The notes: generated by a model from the sequence alone, not told the origin. Positions 1 to 8,089 are shown, numbered from the stretch's first letter. The stretch is 24,000 nucleotides of DNA from Sulfurifustis variabilis (GCF_002355415.1 NZ_AP014936.1:3317126-3341125), one strand, 5' to 3'. Translations and numbers: made by a program.

Positions 1-1503
1 CTGCAGATCCTCGATCCGCTCGTGGCGCAGGTGCAGGCGTACCTCGCCCCGCGCGAGCTGGCGCCCGAGCCTCTCGAGGCCTTGGGGCAGGCCGCGCAGC
101 CCCGCGCGCAGGGCAGTGAGGCCGCGGTAGGCCCGCCCGACCGCAGCCGGACCGTCGACCTCCGGCCGGAGGTCCCGCAGGATCAGGCGCGGCACGTAAG
201 CCTCGAGCATCGCCAGCATGTTGAATGTCGGATCGAGCTCGCGCGCGAGCGACTCGAGCTGCATGAAAACCTTGGCGACGAGCAGCAGCTCGCGCGGCGT
301 GCGGATCTCGTAGCGCCCGGCGAGGCGGATGAACTGCCGCAGGATCTCGGCGAACGAATACTCGCGCCCGGCAATCGCGTAGTAACGCTCCAGCGCCTCT
401 TCGAGGTCGCGGATGAACGCCGCGCGGTCGACGGTCTCGGGCGCCACCCCCATCTCGATGTAGAGATCCGCCATCCACTCGGCGTCCCTGAGAACCAGCG
501 CGACGCACAGTCCGCGCAGGTGCTCCTGGTCGCGCGGGGCGAGGCGCCCGACGATGCCGAAATCGTGGAAACACAAACGCCCGTCCGGCAGCAGGAACAT
601 GTTCCCCGGGTGCAGGTCGCCGTGGAAGAAGCCGTGCTCGAAGAGCTGCGTGAGGGTGAGCTGCGCGAGGGCCTGCGCGACCCGGCGCCGCTCCGCCGCG
701 TCCTCGGGGTAATCCGCGCCCAAGCGCCGTCCCGGGCTGCGCGCCATGGTGAGCACGCGCCGCGTCGTGAGCTCCCAGTACACGTGCGGCACGTAGACCG
801 AAGGCTTACCAGCCAGGTTGCGCTGGAAGCGCTCGGCGTTGCTCGCTTCCATGTGGAAGTCGAGCTCGCGCGCGACCGTCTCGGCGAACTCGGTCACGAG
901 CCCCAGCGGATCGAAGCGCCGGCTCTCGGGCACGTGCCGCTCGAGCAGGCGCGCGAGGAAGTACAGGAGCTCGATGTCCGCGCGCAACAGCGCCTCGATG
1001 TCGGGCCGCTGCACCTTGACGATCACCGCCGTGCCGTCCAAAAGCCGCGCCACGTGCACCTGGGCGATCGATGCGGCCGCGAGCGGTCTTTCCTCGAACG
1101 CCGCGTAGAGCTCCCCGAGCGCGCGGCCGAGCTCGCGCTCGATGAGCGCACGCGCCTGCTCGGATGGGAACGGCGGGACGCGATCCTGGAGCGTTGCGAG
1201 CTCGGCGATCACTTCCTCGGGAAAGAGGTCTTGGCGGACGGAGAGCATCTGGCCGAACTTCACGAACGAGGGTCCGAGCTCCTCGAGCGCGAGACGGAAG
1301 CGGCGGGCTTCCGGCCCCGAGACGGCCCCGGCCGGCGGCGCGCCCTCCGGCACGTGGATTTTCAGGCGCAGCCGCTCGAGGTAATGGACGAGCCCCTGCG
1401 CCGCGAGCACGCGCACGATGTGGGCGAGGCGCGGCAGCTCGCGCAGCGGCAGGTGCGCCTTGCGCTCGCTGCGATCGGCCGCGCTGTCGCGCGACGGGCT
1501 CAT
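1..1503 (-). CDS. ABC1/UbiB-family atypical kinase; the C-terminal end runs off the left window edge
   Basis: Absent from the ORF track because it has no in-window stop. Reverse-strand reading from ATG (1503..1501) stays open to position 1 (501 codons): MSPSRDSAADRSERKAHLPLRELPRLAHIVRVL... It carries ABC1 hallmarks: FVKFGQMLSVRQDLFPEEV, AAASIAQVHVA..VIVKVQRP, the catalytic loop HGFFHGDLHPGNMF and DFG (FHDFGIVG). The + strand 606-aa ORF 22..1842 is its antisense shadow. Confidence 0.9.
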   Translation of the reverse strand, partial: MSPSRDSAADRSERKAHLPLRELPRLAHIVRVLAAQGLVHYLERLRLKIHVPEGAPPAGAVSGPEARRFRLALEELGPSFVKFGQMLSVRQDLFPEEVIAELATLQDRVPPFPSEQARALIERELGRALGELYAAFEERPLAAASIAQVHVARLLDGTAVIVKVQRPDIEALLRADIELLYFLARLLERHVPESRRFDPLGLVTEFAETVARELDFHMEASNAERFQRNLAGKPSVYVPHVYWELTTRRVLTMARSPGRRLGADYPEDAAERRRVAQALAQLTLTQLFEHGFFHGDLHPGNMFLLPDGRLCFHDFGIVGRLAPRDQEHLRGLCVALVLRDAEWMADLYIEMGVAPETVDRAAFIRDLEEALERYYAIAGREYSFAEILRQFIRLAGRYEIRTPRELLLVAKVFMQLESLARELDPTFNMLAMLEAYVPRLILRDLRPEVDGPAAVGRAYRGLTALRAGLRGLPQGLERLGRQLARGEVRLHLRHERIEDLQ

Positions 1504-1552
1504 GGCTGGCGCCGGCACCCGCACCTGACCGCCCGACCGGCGCACGCGCGCC

Positions 1553-2101
1553 TCACTTCGCCTCCAATGCCTCGATGTGGCTCAGCATCTGGTCGACCAT
1601 CTGCTGCATCATCTGCAGGCGCTGCTGGGTGGCCGGGTCGCCGTGCATCATCTGCATCATCTGGTGCATGTCCCCTCCCATCATGCCACCCTGGCCTCCG
1701 CCCATGCCGCCGCCCGGGGTTCCCCCGCCCGAAGCAGCAGGCGCCTGGCCCGCCGTCGGCGGCTGCCCGCCGCCCGTTCCGCCCGCGCCCGTCTGGCGCA
1801 TCATCGCCATGTTCTCGCGCATCAGCTGCATGTGCTGCTTGAGGAGGCGCCCGCGTTCCTTGGGGTCCGTCGTCCGGCGGATCTGCTCGATCTGCGACTG
1901 CATCTTCCCGATGTTTTGCTCGAACGCCGGGGGCGCCTTCGGCGCCGCTGGAGTCGGGGCCGCGCCCGGCGGCGGCGCCGGAGCGGTGGCGCCGGGCGCC
2001 GTGCCGGGCTGTCCGCCTGGCGGATGGTGCTCCTCGACCGCGAGCGCCAATGGCGCCAGCGCGAACAGCGAGAGAGCGGCGAGCGTGTTCACGTTTTTCA
2101 T
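1553..2101 (-). CDS. secreted Met/Gly/Pro-rich protein, possibly periplasmic metal-binding or stress protein
   Basis: ORF 1553..2116. I prefer the internal ATG at 2101 (MKNVNTLAALSLFALAPLALA|VEEHH) because GGAG lies 9 nt upstream and it gives a clean signal peptide. The mature part has a PAPPPGAAP tract, a GGGMGGGQGGMMGGDMHQMMQMMHG Met/His cluster and a C-terminal helical QRLQMMQQMVDQML segment. It lies 65 nt downstream of a MerR gene. Confidence 0.7.
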   Translation of the reverse strand: MKNVNTLAALSLFALAPLALAVEEHHPPGGQPGTAPGATAPAPPPGAAPTPAAPKAPPAFEQNIGKMQSQIEQIRRTTDPKERGRLLKQHMQLMRENMAMMRQTGAGGTGGGQPPTAGQAPAASGGGTPGGGMGGGQGGMMGGDMHQMMQMMHGDPATQQRLQMMQQMVDQMLSHIEALEAK

Positions 2102-2181
2102 TTCAAGCGTCTCCATGGATTAATGGCGGCCGCGTCGTGGCCGGTTTTCGCGTTCGGTGTTGCTCTGGGCGCCCAACTCAT

Positions 2182-2613
2182 TCAATCCTCCGTCAAGGCC
2201 GTGATCAGGCCGCCCACGTCGTTGCCATCGGGCGCACCGCCCGGGTGCGCGTGCCACAACCGCACCGCCCGCTCCGCGCGTCGCCGCACGGCGGTCAGCT
2301 CGCGCGCGTGCCTGGCCGCCTCGCGCAGCCGCGGTTCGACGATCGCGCGCGCTTCCGGACACGGCGCCCGCCCCCGTTCCGCGCACGCCAGAAGCCGGCG
2401 TATCTCGTCGAGCGAGTAACCGAGCGCCTGCGCGCGGCGGATGAACTTGAGCCGCCGGAGCTGGGGCTCGGGGAACAAGCGATAGCCGTTGGCGGGATTG
2501 CGCTGCGGCCGCAGCAGGCCGATGCGCACGTAGTAGCGCACGACGTGCGGCGGTACGGCGGCCGCGTGCGCGACGCTGTTGACGGTGGCGGCGATCTGTC
2601 CATGAAGAGCCAT
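2182..2613 (-). CDS. MerR-family transcriptional regulator (paralog 1)
   Basis: 143 aa. The N-terminal HTH-wing signature is VNSVAHAAAVPPHVVRYYVRIGLLRPQRNPANGYRLF...LKFIRRAQALGYSLDEIRRLL. Cys residues sit at the start of the dimerisation helix (LLACAERGRAPCPEA). ATG is at 2613. Confidence 0.9.
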   Translation of the reverse strand: MALHGQIAATVNSVAHAAAVPPHVVRYYVRIGLLRPQRNPANGYRLFPEPQLRRLKFIRRAQALGYSLDEIRRLLACAERGRAPCPEARAIVEPRLREAARHARELTAVRRRAERAVRLWHAHPGGAPDGNDVGGLITALTED

Positions 2614-2642
2614 TGCGTATGTCTCTCGAGCCTGTGCTTACG

Positions 2643-2673
2643 TTTCTACACCTGTGCGCTGCACACAGGTCAA
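2643..2673 (-). promoter_or_regulatory. MerR-type promoter/operator upstream of MerR paralog 1
   Basis: Minus strand reads cTTGACC-tgtgtgcagcgcacaggtg-TAGAAA. The -35 is TTGACC, the spacer is 19 bp and the -10-like hexamer is TAGAAA. A perfect dyad ACCTGTG-N7-CACAGGT spans the -35 and spacer. The last -10 base is 29 nt upstream of the ATG at 2613. Long 19-20 bp spacers with an embedded dyad are the hallmark of MerR-regulated promoters. Confidence 0.55.
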
Positions 2674-2737
2674 GCACCGCGCCGGGAAGACGCCTAAGGC
2701 GCGGAGCAGGCAACGGGAACGGCGAGGTGGCGGAGAA

Positions 2738-2781
2738 GTAAAGGCAAAAGGATTGGCCCGCGGCCCTATCGATGCCGCGGG
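2738..2781 (-). terminator. candidate intrinsic terminator after the DUF302 gene
   Basis: Minus strand: CCCGCGG-catcgataggg-CCGCGGG (7-bp GC stem, 11-nt loop) followed by CCAATCCTTTTGCCTTTAC. It sits between the DUF302 stop (2839) and the MerR-type promoter at 2643..2673. Confidence 0.45.
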
Positions 2782-2838
2782 TAATCCCAAGCTAGGGTGC
2801 ACCTCCCACCGCTTGGAAGGACGCCGAGAGGCCTTTAT

Positions 2839-3228
2839 TCAAGCGCCGACCTGCCGGTGTACGCGTTCGAGCCTTGCGCGCACCTCCTTCGCGAGCTCGG
2901 TGATTTCCGGGTTGTCGGTGAGCTTGAGGACCGCGATCGGGTCCATGAAACCCACTGTGATGCTCGTATCCGGCTCTTCGCGAACGACCACGTTGCAAGG
3001 GAGCAGCAGGCCGATATCCGGATCGGCGCTGAGCGCCCGATGGGCGAGCGGCGGGTTGCAGGCACCGAGGATCCGGTAGGGCCGGCCCTCGACGCCGAGC
3101 TTCTCCTTCATGGTCTTTTTCACGTCGATGTCGGTGAGCACGCCGAAGCCCTCGCGCTTGAGTGCCTCAGTGACGCGTGCAACCACCTGATCGAATGTCC
3201 CCTGGACGTTGATGCTGAAACCGTACAT
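2839..3228 (-). CDS. DUF302 domain protein
   Basis: 129 aa. The pattern is typical of DUF302: [35 protein letters not shown]...[17 protein letters not shown] lies 6 nt upstream of the ATG at 3228. Confidence 0.9.
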   Translation of the reverse strand: MYGFSINVQGTFDQVVARVTEALKREGFGVLTDIDVKKTMKEKLGVEGRPYRILGACNPPLAHRALSADPDIGLLLPCNVVVREEPDTSITVGFMDPIAVLKLTDNPEITELAKEVRARLERVHRQVGA

Positions 3229-3254
3229 GGATCACCTCCTGCCGTGCTGCCCGG

Positions 3255-4241
3255 TCATTGCACGATCGCCATCTGGTGCCCCTCGCCGCCTGGGAGCTGG
3301 ATCGTTCCCTTTAGCGTGAAGGTCTTCTGGTCGATGACCCAGATGGTCGGCGCCTTGGCGCTCGAGACGTACACCTTTCCGGCGCCGTGGATCGTGTTGA
3401 GGTGGTACGGGGCGGGCGACAGGCGCAGCGTGCGCGTTTCGCCGCTCGCCGTGTCGATCGCGACGAGCTTCTCGTCTCCGCGGGCGGTGGCGTAGAGCGT
3501 GCTGCCGTCGTCCGAGATGTCGAGCCCATGGGCGTCCTTGCCGACGGGGAAGGTGCGCGCCGGCTTGCCGCTCGCGACATCGACGGCGGTGACGACGCCG
3601 GCCCGGGGATTGGCGACATAGATCGTGCGCTCGTCCTTCGAGAACACGAGGTGCTCCGGCCCGGCCCCGGCCTCGAGCGTCCGGACGACGGTCCAGGTCG
3701 CGACATCCACTTCGCTGATGGTGCCGTTGCCGCTGTTGCTCACGAACGCGCGCTTCCCGTCGTGCGACATGAGTGTGTAGTTGGGCGCCGGTCCGGTGGC
3801 GACCATGCGCACGACCTTGTTCCCCACCAGGTCGACCACGCTGACGTAGCCGCGCGTCGGATGGGTGGAGATCACGTAGCGCCCGTCGCGCGTGACGGTC
3901 TCATGATGGGTCCAGCCCGTGACCGGCACCGTCAGCATCACGTGACCGTGGATCGGATGGATCACGGCGAGCTTGCTGTTCGGCGTGTCGTGCGGCGCCC
4001 CGGCCGGGACCGGCGTCTCCTTCAGGCTGCCGGCGATCAGGTACTCGCCGTCCGGCGTCGCCACCAGGCCGTGCGGATTCTCGACATCGGGATAGGTCGC
4101 GGTGATCTGATCGGTCGCCGCGTCGACCGCGATGACCTTGTTGCCGGAGCCGAGCGGGATATAGACCGTCGGCGCCGCGGAAGCCGTCAATGCGCCACCC
4201 AGTAAGGCAGCGCCGGTAAGCAGTGTCAAAAGGGTTTTCAT
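3255..4241 (-). CDS. secreted YVTN-type beta-propeller repeat protein
   Basis: ORF 3255..4304. The start is chosen at the internal ATG 4241 (MKTLLTLLTGAALLGGALTASA signal peptide, GGAG 8 nt upstream). It shows repeated units of the form V..VD..T.KV..T...G..P..L..S.DG...YV.N, for example ISEVDVATWTVVRTLEAGAGPEHLVFSKDERTIYVAN and VTAVDVASGKPARTFPVGKDAHGLDISDDGSTLYAT. Confidence 0.8.
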   Translation of the reverse strand: MKTLLTLLTGAALLGGALTASAAPTVYIPLGSGNKVIAVDAATDQITATYPDVENPHGLVATPDGEYLIAGSLKETPVPAGAPHDTPNSKLAVIHPIHGHVMLTVPVTGWTHHETVTRDGRYVISTHPTRGYVSVVDLVGNKVVRMVATGPAPNYTLMSHDGKRAFVSNSGNGTISEVDVATWTVVRTLEAGAGPEHLVFSKDERTIYVANPRAGVVTAVDVASGKPARTFPVGKDAHGLDISDDGSTLYATARGDEKLVAIDTASGETRTLRLSPAPYHLNTIHGAGKVYVSSAKAPTIWVIDQKTFTLKGTIQLPGGEGHQMAIVQ

Positions 4242-4260
4242 CGAGTGTCTCCTTGAGCGT

Positions 4261-4620
4261 TCATTTACGTTGCGCCGCACCGAAGCGGCTCCGAATGTAG
4301 GCAAGGACCGCCATGATTTCGCTCTCGGTCAGAGCGGGGTTGCCGCCTTTCGGCGGCATCGCCATGGGCGAGCCGGGGCTCGTCGAACCCTCGATCGTGC
4401 TCTTGAGCAGCACCGCGTCCGGTTTCGACAAGGGGCCGGCCGGGTCGTTGAAATCGGGCACGCCCGGCATGCCCCCTGCGCCGTCGGGTCCGTGGCACAC
4501 GGCGCAGGTCTGGTCGTAGACCGCCCTCCCCTGCTCCACGGCGACGTCGGCGAGCCCCGGGGCGGACGCAACGAATCCGGTCCACGCAAAGGTCACCGCC
4601 CGCATCGCGGTCCTGACCAT
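4261..4620 (-). CDS. class I c-type cytochrome (monohaem)
   Basis: 119 aa. It has a signal peptide MVRTAMRAVTFAWTGFVASAPGLA, a haem-binding CAVCHG motif and a distal Met candidate in GSPMAMPPKGG. A GAAGGGGGG RBS precedes the ATG. Confidence 0.9.
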   Translation of the reverse strand: MVRTAMRAVTFAWTGFVASAPGLADVAVEQGRAVYDQTCAVCHGPDGAGGMPGVPDFNDPAGPLSKPDAVLLKSTIEGSTSPGSPMAMPPKGGNPALTESEIMAVLAYIRSRFGAAQRK

Positions 4621-4632
4621 CGCTGCCCCCCT

Positions 4633-4746
4633 TCACGACCTGCCGCCGAGCAGGTACTTGACCAGCGCGGCGACCAGGAGAATCAGAATGAGCCAGTAAA
4701 GAAGGCCCATGCCGCCGAACCCCATGCCCCAACCGACGTGTTCCAT
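4633..4746 (-). CDS. 37-aa hydrophobic membrane peptide, below the ORF-track length cutoff
   Basis: Read by hand: GGAGGTGACAG-ATG then MEHVGWGMGFGGMGLLYWLILILLVAALVKYLLGGRS-TGA. It has a strong RBS and one predicted TM helix. It fills the gap between the Spy-like gene and the cytochrome c gene in the same orientation. Confidence 0.5.
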   Translation of the reverse strand: MEHVGWGMGFGGMGLLYWLILILLVAALVKYLLGGRS

Positions 4747-4792
4747 CTGTCACCTCCGTTTGCCTGAGAGCATTGCCACCATGAGCCTGCCG

Positions 4793-5416
4793 TTAGCGCC
4801 CCATCATGCCGCCCGGTCCATAGCCACCCTGCGGTCCATACCCGGGTCCGCGACGCCATTGCTTGAGCTGCTCGCGCTGCTCCTGGGTCAGGAGCTGCTG
4901 GATCTCGTTATCCGCGGCGACGTGCGTCTCCACCATCTGCCGGCGCAGCTGGCTGATGTCGGCGTAGACCTGACCCACCTGCTTCGGGTCCGGTTGATCG
5001 GCTTCGTACAGGCCGCGTAGCCGCGACTGCTGATCCATGATCTGGCCGGCGACGTTCCAGTGCTTGCGGCGCTCCGCGTCGCGGATGCGGGCGATCTGGC
5101 CACGCTGCTCGTCGGAAAGATCGAGCGCCTCGAACGGCGCGGTACCGCCCATGGCCCATTCCTGGTCCATCGTGCCGGGCCCCATCATGCCCGGGCCCAT
5201 CATGCCTCCTCCCCAGCCGCCCATCATGCCGCCGCGCATCATGCCCGGTCCCCCGCCCCAGCCAGGGCCATATCCGTAGCCGCTGGGTCCCATCATCTGC
5301 TGCATGGTCTGCCCATCCATCATGCCGCCCCATTGCGACCAGACCGGCGCCGTGGTGGCGACGAACGGGACCGCGATCGCACCGAGGACCAATGCCGAAA
5401 GTTTCTTGCGGTTCAT
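4793..5416 (-). CDS. Spy/CpxP-family (LTXXQ) periplasmic protein with a Gly/Met-rich N-terminal region
   Basis: 207 aa. It has a signal peptide MNRKKLSALVLGAIAVPFVATTAPVWS. A low-complexity segment GGMMDGQTMQQMMGPSGYGYGPGWGGGPGMMRGGMMGGWGGGMMGPGMMGPG follows. Two LTXXQ-type motifs are present (LDLSDEQRGQI and LLTQEQREQL). AAGGAG RBS. Confidence 0.8.
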   Translation of the reverse strand: MNRKKLSALVLGAIAVPFVATTAPVWSQWGGMMDGQTMQQMMGPSGYGYGPGWGGGPGMMRGGMMGGWGGGMMGPGMMGPGTMDQEWAMGGTAPFEALDLSDEQRGQIARIRDAERRKHWNVAGQIMDQQSRLRGLYEADQPDPKQVGQVYADISQLRRQMVETHVAADNEIQQLLTQEQREQLKQWRRGPGYGPQGGYGPGGMMGR

Positions 5417-5481
5417 GGTTTGCTCCTTCTCTGTTGACCCATGTCGGGATGCGCTCTTTCGCTGACGTCGTCCATAAGCAA

Positions 5482-5513
5482 ATGCTAAAACTTGGGTCCC
5501 GCGCGCAGGTCAA
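5482..5513 (-). promoter_or_regulatory. second MerR-type promoter, upstream of the Spy-like operon
   Basis: Minus strand reads cTTGACC-tgcgcgcgggacccaagttt-TAGCAT. The spacer is 20 bp. An imperfect dyad ACCTG-N11-CAAGT sits at exactly the same offset as ACCTG-N11-CAGGT in the promoter at 2643..2673. The -10 ends 65 nt upstream of the ATG at 5416. Confidence 0.5.
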
Positions 5514-5581
5514 GGGGCATCGTCGATCTTCCTGGCTACGGCCACAATCAACGGGCGCCCGCCGTTACTCGCACCCATCCG

Positions 5582-6304
5582 TCACGTGAGACGCAGTAGC
5601 TCCTTGCCCGCATGGAACACCCGCAGCTCGCCGGGTTTGAAAGATTCCCACGGCCCCTTGTCCAGCAACTCGGTGACGACCACCGTCCGGCTCGACCCGT
5701 CGACGCCTTCCGAGCGCACGTGCAAACGGTCGTGCCCGTACTCGATCAGCAGCGCGCCGTCGGAGAGGAGGAAGTTGAATCGCCCGTGGCTCGCGATGAG
5801 CCCGCTCAGCGCGGCGACCTCTCGCAACCACGCCTCACGCTGCGCGTCGCCCTCGTGGAAAATGAGGACGAGCTGCTCGAGCAGAAAGCAGAAGGCGCGC
5901 TCGGAATCGGTATCCCCGTCGAGCGCCGAGACGCGGGGGTGGCAGCAGCCGTCCGGTTGCAGCAGCGTCGTCACCTTGCCGTTGTGGGCGAACATCCAGG
6001 AGCGGCCGCAGCAGTCGCGCACGAACGGATGCGTATTCGCGAGCGTACGGGTCGTCCGTGGGTTGGCCTTGCGCACATGAGCGAGGACGAGGCCGGACCG
6101 CACGCTCTCCGCGAGCCTGCCGAAGCGTGCGCTTCGCGCGGCCGGTTCGGGCGCCTTCTCGACGACGAGACGTCCTGCATCCAGGAAACCAATGCCCCAG
6201 CCGTCGGGATTATCTGCGGTCCCCCCGCCGTGCCGCCCGAACTCGAGAAGCAGCTTCCCGACCCGCGCCGGCGTCGCGCTGCTGATGCCGAGTAGCTCAC
6301 ACAT
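5582..6304 (-). CDS. class II (Ntn-type) glutamine amidotransferase, YafJ-like
   Basis: 240 aa starting MCELLGIS, with the nucleophile Cys immediately after Met. Further motifs are DNPDGWGIGF, VLAHVRKAN..TRTLANTHPF and WMFAHNGKV. Confidence 0.85.
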   Translation of the reverse strand: MCELLGISSATPARVGKLLLEFGRHGGGTADNPDGWGIGFLDAGRLVVEKAPEPAARSARFGRLAESVRSGLVLAHVRKANPRTTRTLANTHPFVRDCCGRSWMFAHNGKVTTLLQPDGCCHPRVSALDGDTDSERAFCFLLEQLVLIFHEGDAQREAWLREVAALSGLIASHGRFNFLLSDGALLIEYGHDRLHVRSEGVDGSSRTVVVTELLDKGPWESFKPGELRVFHAGKELLRLT

Positions 6305-6390
6305 CTTTCGTGTCTTGACCCACCTGGGGATGCGCCCTCTGGTTCACGTCGTGCACCAAGCCGATGCAAGTACCGGCCTTGCCACGCCAG

Positions 6391-6813
6391 TCACGCCACG
6401 TCGATCTCCAGCGCCGCCGTCTCGATCAGCCGGCACCAGCCCTCGTTCTTGCCATGCTGCTCCGGCAGGCTTTCCCAGATTGCGAGCGCCCGTTCCATCC
6501 GTTGCTGAAGCGTGAGGAGCTCCGCGATCTTGGCGCGGTTGTCCTCGATGCGCGCCTTGAGGATCGCGCGCACCTGGTGACACGGGGACTTCCCCTCGCT
6601 GCTGAGCTTCAGGAACCCACGGATTTCCTCGAGCGTATAACCCAGCCGTTGCGCCTGGCGGATGAACCGCAGTCGCCCCACGTCACGCAACGAAAAGAGC
6701 TTGTAACCGTTGTCCGGGTGGCGTGCCGGCTCGAGCAGTTGGATGCGGGCGTAGTAGCGGATGACGTGCGGCGAGACGCTGCCGCGCTTGGAAAGCTGGC
6801 TCACGGTGAGCAT
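6391..6813 (-). CDS. MerR-family transcriptional regulator (paralog 2)
   Basis: ORF 6391..6903. The start is chosen at ATG 6813 (GGAGG 10 nt upstream): MLTVSQLSKRGSVSPHVIRYYARIQLLEPARHPDNGYKLFSLRDVGRLRFIRQAQRLGYTLEEIRGFL. It has Cys in SPCHQV and a second Cys in GWCRLIE. Confidence 0.9.
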   Translation of the reverse strand: MLTVSQLSKRGSVSPHVIRYYARIQLLEPARHPDNGYKLFSLRDVGRLRFIRQAQRLGYTLEEIRGFLKLSSEGKSPCHQVRAILKARIEDNRAKIAELLTLQQRMERALAIWESLPEQHGKNEGWCRLIETAALEIDVA

Positions 6814-6922
6814 TCTTATGTACCTCCGTGCTGACTGCCTGAACCGACCCCGCAGCGGCGGGGACCGCGAGTAAACGTAGGGATGCGCGCGCTCGCCGCG
6901 CACGAAATCCCGGGACAGTCAG

Positions 6923-7330
6923 CTAGTTCAGGAGGTGCCCGAAACGCAGGTAGAGGGGTGAACGCGGCGGGAACGGCGGTGCGCTCGACCACGAGAGCGG
7001 GGAGACGAGCGGCATGGCGAGAAGGCCGACGAAGAACGCGAGCAGGAGCGCCGCCTGGAAAATGGGAGAGGAGCCCGTGGGGAGCGCCTGCGACTCGTGG
7101 TCGAGCGCCGTGGCGCAGAGCGCATGGCCGCTCGCCTGCGCGTGGTCATGGCTGTCGCCCGCCGCCCCGCCGTCCGCATGCTCAGCCGCGCCCGAAAAGA
7201 TGCTCGTCACCCCCTCGCAGCACGGCGAAAGCGCGCCCGCGACGGCCAGGACGAGCCAAGCAACGAGCAGCCTCGCCGCGAGCGACCACGGCCCGCGGCG
7301 CAGTCTCTTGTGCAAGCGTTGGATGGACAT
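6923..7330 (-). CDS. hypothetical two-TM membrane protein with a His/Cys-rich loop
   Basis: 135 aa. TM1 is WSLAARLLVAWLVLAVAGAL, the loop is SPCCEG...AEHADGGAAGDSHDHAQASGHALC and TM2 is IFQAALLLAFFVGLLAMPLV. The RBS is weak and no family was recognised with confidence. The layout is reminiscent of CopL-like small metal-cluster proteins. Confidence 0.45.
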   Translation of the reverse strand: MSIQRLHKRLRRGPWSLAARLLVAWLVLAVAGALSPCCEGVTSIFSGAAEHADGGAAGDSHDHAQASGHALCATALDHESQALPTGSSPIFQAALLLAFFVGLLAMPLVSPLSWSSAPPFPPRSPLYLRFGHLLN

Positions 7331-7635
7331 CTTCGCTACAGTCAGGCTGCTCCCGCCATAAGTAGGTGTCAGGTTACGAGGCGACCCGAGGTCGAACCTT
7401 GATCGCGGTCAAAAAAATCTGAATCCCCGGCCCGTTCCTGATGCTCCAGATCCTGGGAACGAAAACGACGGGAAAACCTAGAAAGCAATGGCTCAATATA
7501 GGTTCCAGGCACAGCTGCACAGCGACCTCAGCTCGCCCTAGGGGTCTCCCGCGCTCGACGCACCGATCGCATCCAGCTAGGCTCTCGGTTCAGCTTCGTT
7601 GGCCCAGCGTAGGTGACTGACAGTCTGGCCAGCGG

Positions 7636-7935
7636 ATGGCTCCGATGGCGACGGAGACGACCGCGGAAGGAGGGGATGTGACAGCGACGACCGAAAACGA
7701 CCTGCGGGACATGACGAACCGGGCTATGGAGGAAGCGCTCGCGAAGCTACGGCGCCTCCTCGATGCCGCAGCTGCGAGCGCCAGCGAGACCGGGTCGCCC
7801 GTCGTACTCGATGACCATCTTCAAGGCGAACTCGAGTACGTGGTCAAACAGGCCGTCGCAATCGGGGTAAGCTTGGCGACGGAAGCCCGGGCGGTAAGCG
7901 TGGCTCCAACCAAGCTGACTGGACTGCCGCACTGA
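7636..7935 (+). CDS. hypothetical protein
   Basis: 99-aa ORF with plausible acidic/helical composition and GC-rich third positions. No recognisable motif. Confidence 0.3.
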   Translation: MAPMATETTAEGGDVTATTENDLRDMTNRAMEEALAKLRRLLDAAAASASETGSPVVLDDHLQGELEYVVKQAVAIGVSLATEARAVSVAPTKLTGLPH

Positions 7936-8089
7936 GGTGCGCACGCGCCCCTCGACTCGATCCCGCCAGCGACGTTTCGCCACTCCCGACACTCGGGGGC
8001 CCCACGGTCCCCTCCTAGCCGCGCCTTTGATTGCCGTGAGGTGACACTTATAATTCCCACGGCCTCGTCATGGAATCCTGGGTGCGGAT

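Noticed and set aside
22-1842. 606-aa + strand ORF, the longest ORF at the left end
   Set aside because: The composition is Arg/Ala/Pro-rich shadow sequence. The opposite strand encodes an unmistakable ABC1/UbiB kinase and a signal-peptide protein. This is a typical antisense artefact of high-GC DNA.
6848-6863. GC-rich inverted repeat CCCCGC-agcg-GCGGGG between the His-rich membrane protein gene and merR2
   Set aside because: It could be a stem-loop, but no U tract follows and there is no promoter context, so its function cannot be determined from sequence.
7388-7399. GAGGTCGAACCT, resembling the T-arm part of the tRNA-Lys att fragment; considered as the missing left att copy of island 1
   Set aside because: Only about 9 nt match. 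The flanks do not align with the att core or fold as a T arm.
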